From Candidatus Acidiferrales bacterium (GTDB lineage Bacteria > Acidobacteriota > Terriglobia > Acidiferrales > UBA7541): DNA of 64,000 nucleotides. Below are positions 60,144 through 64,000 of the stretch, in pieces. A program made the position numbers and the translations under genes. The notes below the pieces were generated by a model. The model was not told the origin of the DNA and searched no databases. It saw nothing but the letters and a program-made list of their open reading frames with translations. Location: positions 39,330 to 103,329 of the forward strand of contig CAVVJI010000010.1 in NCBI GenBank assembly GCA_963748515.1, in the 5' to 3' direction. Numbering within the stretch: the first letter of the stretch is position 1; each line of letters opens with the position of its first letter.

Positions 60144-61433
60144 TCAGAGTCGCTCGAGACAGAGGTCGGCTTCCGCCGGGTCCGCGGCAAGCAGATTCGG
60201 TTGGAAGTGGTGGTGTTCTACTGGTCTGGTACGGGGTGCTCTGGAGGGAAGGTCGAGGTACAGATTCACGGCCACTGCCGAATAAAGCACCCAGAAAATG
60301 GTGTTTTGCTCCAGAATGGTTCGCTCGCTGAAGTTGTAGACCAGCATGAAAAACAGGTAACTACACAACCAGACTGGAATGCGACCGGAGTCGCGTCCTA
60401 AGAAAAGCAAAGCGCGTCGCCAAAGCAGGAGATACCCGCTCACAAATAGGAGTAATCCAATAATCCCCAATTCCAGAGTGAGATCGAGAAGACCGTTGTG
60501 TGCGGTAGGCGCAAGCCAATGCAACTGCTGGACAATACTTGCTGACGGTCCACGCATGCCGAGCCAGAAGGTCTTGAACCCATAGCCCAGCCAAGGTTTT
60601 CGAGCAATGGCAGAGAGCGACAAGACCCAGAGATGGGTGCGACCGGTCATTCCCGGGTTGCGGTGCACCAGCGACAGCAGGCGCACCGGAGTCAGGCTGG
60701 TGGCGAGTGCCACTCCCGAGGTGCAGGTCACAAAATAAGCAAACACGGGAACTGCGAAGGTCAGGCGGGCCCGGAGGAGCTTGAACACGAACTGCATGGC
60801 GAAAAGTAAGGCGCAAACAATTGCACTGGTGACCGATTTCGAGAGCAACAGTAGGACAGAGGAAGCCACGAGACCGAGCGAAGCGAACCAGCGGCCGGGA
60901 CCATCCTGCCCAAACCAAAAGACCATTACGGAAAATACCGCGAAGCGGCCTAAAGAGTTCTTCTGGGCGAAAATGCCGCGCCAGCTTCCATTGTGGACGC
61001 TAACATCAATTCCGTATTGCGGCCAAAACCAGCCGAACAAGAATGATGCGCAAACCGCGAGTCCGCACACGGCCGCAAGAAGGCGAAGCTGCTCACGGGC
61101 ATCGAAACGGGTTCCGAAGTAAATTCCAAATATTGTGGTTCCCATCAGAATCAGGCTTCTCCGCAGTGTGAATAGCGGTAATTGTGACCACGCCGTTGAT
61201 AGAAGCGCAAAAAGAACCAGAGCCAGAAGCAACTTCACGCCTCGTGCGGATGCCAAGATTGTCTTTCGGTAGAGCAGGGTGAGTCCCCCGGTAAGGGCAT
61301 ACAGGGGAAGCTGGACAAGAATCTGGTATTTGCTCGGGGCGGTAGTTGAAATCCCCTCGATGAACGGCAAAAAGGCGCCGGTCATGAAAAACAGCATTAC
61401 GCATACGAAAAGTTTTTCGGCGAGTCTGAGCAT
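60144..61433 (-). CDS. O-antigen ligase / Wzy-like polymerase (ExoQ-like)
   Basis: Multi-TM; WRGIFAQKNSLG, TGRTHLW, PWLGYG, AHNG. Confidence 0.85.
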   Translation of the reverse strand: MLRLAEKLFVCVMLFFMTGAFLPFIEGISTTAPSKYQILVQLPLYALTGGLTLLYRKTILASARGVKLLLALVLFALLSTAWSQLPLFTLRRSLILMGTTIFGIYFGTRFDAREQLRLLAAVCGLAVCASFLFGWFWPQYGIDVSVHNGSWRGIFAQKNSLGRFAVFSVMVFWFGQDGPGRWFASLGLVASSVLLLLSKSVTSAIVCALLFAMQFVFKLLRARLTFAVPVFAYFVTCTSGVALATSLTPVRLLSLVHRNPGMTGRTHLWVLSLSAIARKPWLGYGFKTFWLGMRGPSASIVQQLHWLAPTAHNGLLDLTLELGIIGLLLFVSGYLLLWRRALLFLGRDSGRIPVWLCSYLFFMLVYNFSERTILEQNTIFWVLYSAVAVNLYLDLPSRAPRTRPVEHHHFQPNLLAADPAEADLCLERL

Positions 61434-61467
61434 GGGAGCTTTACAAATATGTTGAAACTGCCAATGG

Positions 61468-62823
61468 TCAGTGGAAATTGGTCGTGACGGCAACGAGAGA
61501 GTCGGTTCGAGCGGAAGGGACTTCGCCCATCAAGTAAAAAGCTGCGAGCCAAAAAGTAACGGCGAGAAGGCCATCGCTAATCAGGCTGGTACACGCGGCT
61601 CCGCGCCACCCATAAGTGGGAATGGCCCAGAAGTTGATCACGATGTTGAATACCGCAATACCGGACTGAATCATCGCGCGACACCTCTGATATCCCGCTC
61701 CGGTCAGAGCATCGGCCACGAAGAGCTGAAGAGTCTTCAATAGCGGGAGAGGGCAGAGCCAATGTAAGGCCTCTGAGACGCCAAAATATCGCGGGCCGAG
61801 AATGCGTGGGACTAGCACGCCCCCGAAAAACAGCGCCACCATACTTAACACCGAGTAAGGTAAAGCTCTGCGGAACAGGGGCCGTGCGTAATGAAGCGAG
61901 CCACGCAAACCCTGGGTTCCGTTCCTGAAGTAGCCCGGATAGGCAGCATTTAAGAGCGCGCGCACCGGAATACAAGCCACATCCAATAGACGGTAGGCAG
62001 CGCCATATGTGCCGGCCGCCTCGAGGGTGCAGAGTTTTGCGACCATTGTTTTGTCAATGTCATTGTTACTGCTTGCCGCAGAATTGTTTACAGCGAAATA
62101 GACGCCTTCCCGACATTCCGAACGTACCCGCGCCAGGTTGATGGCCGGGCTGCCCAGTTTGGCCTTTACTAACGTGACGGCAATCGTGGCGGAAATTACG
62201 CCGGTTGTAAAATAGACAAACGACCAACCTAGAACAGTCGGTTTAGGTATCAGTAGCGCCATGGCGATCACGCCCAACAAGCGGTTGGCGCTGATCAGAA
62301 TATTCAGTCGAGCGTTCATGGCCAATTGTTCAAAAGCCAAGAAGGAAAAGGCCGCCATGTCCAGAACACGCACAAAGATCAAATCCGCGGAGCAGATCAG
62401 TAGAATTGCTGTGAAGGGGATTGAACGAGGCAAGCAAATCGCGCTCAAAGCGATTGTGACCAATACCAGCGTGACGCCAGACACTATCGTTACGGTAAGG
62501 CAATTCCCCCAACACTCGGCGAATTGGCTTCTGTTTCTTGAAACATGCTTAACCAATAGATTCCCGGTTCCCAGACTCACTAGAGGCGAAAACATGCTGG
62601 CGATCGCCGCGATGGCGACGAAGCCGCCGTATTCTTGCACACCGAGGCAGCGGGCCATCACGATGAAATAGGCAGCTTGAATGAGCAGACGGGTAACGTA
62701 GCCGAACATCGCCCATATTGTGTTGGTGCCCAGGGATCGTGACACACCACGGGAAAATTCGACCTGAGTCCACAGGCGATTGCAGAGATTTCCAAACGTT
62801 GTTGGAGTGGAGAGCAGACTCAT
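61468..62823 (-). CDS. Wzx-like oligosaccharide flippase
   Basis: ARCLG...YG, DKTMV, G.YGAAYR, IP.YGWRGAA; many TM helices. Confidence 0.85.
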   Translation of the reverse strand: MSLLSTPTTFGNLCNRLWTQVEFSRGVSRSLGTNTIWAMFGYVTRLLIQAAYFIVMARCLGVQEYGGFVAIAAIASMFSPLVSLGTGNLLVKHVSRNRSQFAECWGNCLTVTIVSGVTLVLVTIALSAICLPRSIPFTAILLICSADLIFVRVLDMAAFSFLAFEQLAMNARLNILISANRLLGVIAMALLIPKPTVLGWSFVYFTTGVISATIAVTLVKAKLGSPAINLARVRSECREGVYFAVNNSAASSNNDIDKTMVAKLCTLEAAGTYGAAYRLLDVACIPVRALLNAAYPGYFRNGTQGLRGSLHYARPLFRRALPYSVLSMVALFFGGVLVPRILGPRYFGVSEALHWLCPLPLLKTLQLFVADALTGAGYQRCRAMIQSGIAVFNIVINFWAIPTYGWRGAACTSLISDGLLAVTFWLAAFYLMGEVPSARTDSLVAVTTNFH

Positions 62824-64000
62824 TGTCCGGTTCCGCTTACGACCACAGCCAGCGTCTTCCAGAGGATCTTGACGTCCAGCCAGAGGTTCCACTTTTCGAT
62901 GTATTCCGTGTCTAGCGCTACATTCTTCTCGAATGAAGGATCACGACGGGCTGTGATTTGCCATAGACCTGTAATTCCGGGTTTGACTTCAAGTCTTCGG
63001 CGATGCTCGAGTGCATACCTGGCGTAGTCATCGAGCGGGTGCGGTCGCGGGCCGACCAAGCTTACGTTTCCGCACAGCACGTCCCACAGTTGGGGTAACT
63101 CGTCCAGGCTGTACTTACGCAGAAATCGTCCGATCCTGGTGATTCGAGGATCAGAGTCGATCTTGAATGTCACGCCTGTGCGTTGGTTAAGATGACGAAG
63201 GGAATCTTTGATGTCGTCCGCATTTGCAACCATGGTCCGAAACTTGTGGCAACGAAAGGTTTCTCCTTTTCGTCCCACTCGCAGAGAGGTGTAAAATGCC
63301 GGTCCTTGGGAATCAAGACGCACCAACACGTATACCAACAGCAGGATGGGCGACAGCAGAAGTAAGCCCAGGGAAGCGGCACTAATATCCAATATACGTT
63401 TGAAAATGAGTCCGGTAATCGGAATAGCCGATTGTTCTAGCGTCAACGTGGGTATTTGACCGACATATTCAAGGGAAGCGCCCAGAGGGAGCCGGTCGTA
63501 GAAATCCGGTACCGCGCGCAAGCGGATTCGAAATTGGTGCGTGTAGCAAGCCACTTCTCGCACCAAAGCGCCATCGCTTGGGACACAGATAAAAATTTCG
63601 TCGATGAACTGTTCTCGAATAATTCTAGGAATGTCCGCGACCTTCCCCAAAAAGGTTGGAGGCAGGTCCTCGCATTCTGGATTTGGCGGGCGGTCCACGC
63701 GCCGCGGATCAACAAACCCTTTCACCACATATCCCAGCTCTGTACACTTCTGTAGAAGAGCCTGTAGAGTGACAGCCATCCTGCCACCACCAACAATCAG
63801 CACGTTGCGGTTCTCGGTAAGCCCCGGAATCTCCTGCCTTTGCAAGAACCTTCGCCACCCTGCCAGCCCCAAGAAGCTGAGCAGCGCCGTTGTAGTCAAC
63901 TCCAGTACAGAATCTGCATGCAAGGTGTTGAGGAATGCCACGGTAGAAAGAACGATCATGGCGGACAGCCAAGAGTGCGCCAAGGCTCCCAGTTCATTCC
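62820..64000 (-). CDS. Priming polyprenyl-phosphate sugar transferase (WbaP/WcaJ-like); 5' end off the right edge
   Basis: KRILD, KFRTM, DPRIT.IGRFLRKYSLDELPQL, SLVGPRP, KPGITGLWQ; frame stays open to position 64000. Confidence 0.92.
   Translation of the reverse strand, partial: NELGALAHSWLSAMIVLSTVAFLNTLHADSVLELTTTALLSFLGLAGWRRFLQRQEIPGLTENRNVLIVGGGRMAVTLQALLQKCTELGYVVKGFVDPRRVDRPPNPECEDLPPTFLGKVADIPRIIREQFIDEIFICVPSDGALVREVACYTHQFRIRLRAVPDFYDRLPLGASLEYVGQIPTLTLEQSAIPITGLIFKRILDISAASLGLLLLSPILLLVYVLVRLDSQGPAFYTSLRVGRKGETFRCHKFRTMVANADDIKDSLRHLNQRTGVTFKIDSDPRITRIGRFLRKYSLDELPQLWDVLCGNVSLVGPRPHPLDDYARYALEHRRRLEVKPGITGLWQITARRDPSFEKNVALDTEYIEKWNLWLDVKILWKTLAVVVSGTGQ

Larger units (their letters stand above)
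41945..64000. mobile_element. Composite tRNA-anchored genomic island; right boundary not seen and membership of the EPS cluster is inferred
   Basis: Integrase next to the tRNA 3' end, second integrase, Rep, ArdC and TA genes; visibly more AT-rich than the core region. Confidence 0.7.

Overview
GC-rich bacterial chromosomal window with an Acidobacteria-like gene set (taxonomy inferred). About 1-41.9 kb is core genome: an S53 protease with Ig-like repeats, a SpoIVB/S55 peptidase plus beta-propeller pair, aroA, an ECF sigma/anti-sigma envelope-stress operon, nrdR, an M28 peptidase, lipid A genes (ArnT-like, lpxL, lpxD), a hopanoid operon (shc, an HpnH-like protein lacking the radical-SAM CxxxCxxC motif, hpnA, hpnG, two Zn-dehydrogenases, fused hpnC-hpnD, hpnE), a candidate structured RNA and an osmoprotectant ABC transporter. 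A composite island starts at tRNA-Lys(TTT) (41870-41944). It holds a broken integrase plus excisionase, a tRNA-Gly-like 3' att fragment, and a compact integrase + HUH rolling-circle Rep + SpoVG-like element. Further on are restriction-endonuclease and ArdC remnants, an AbiE-like type IV TA/defence pair, an XRE regulator and a Wzx/Wzy exopolysaccharide cluster with a Tat-exported GH10 that runs off the right edge. Many conserved genes carry single-base frameshifts, most simply explained as long-read indel errors. G/C strand skew flips between about 19.6 and 26 kb. All calls come from reading motifs by eye; no searches were run.
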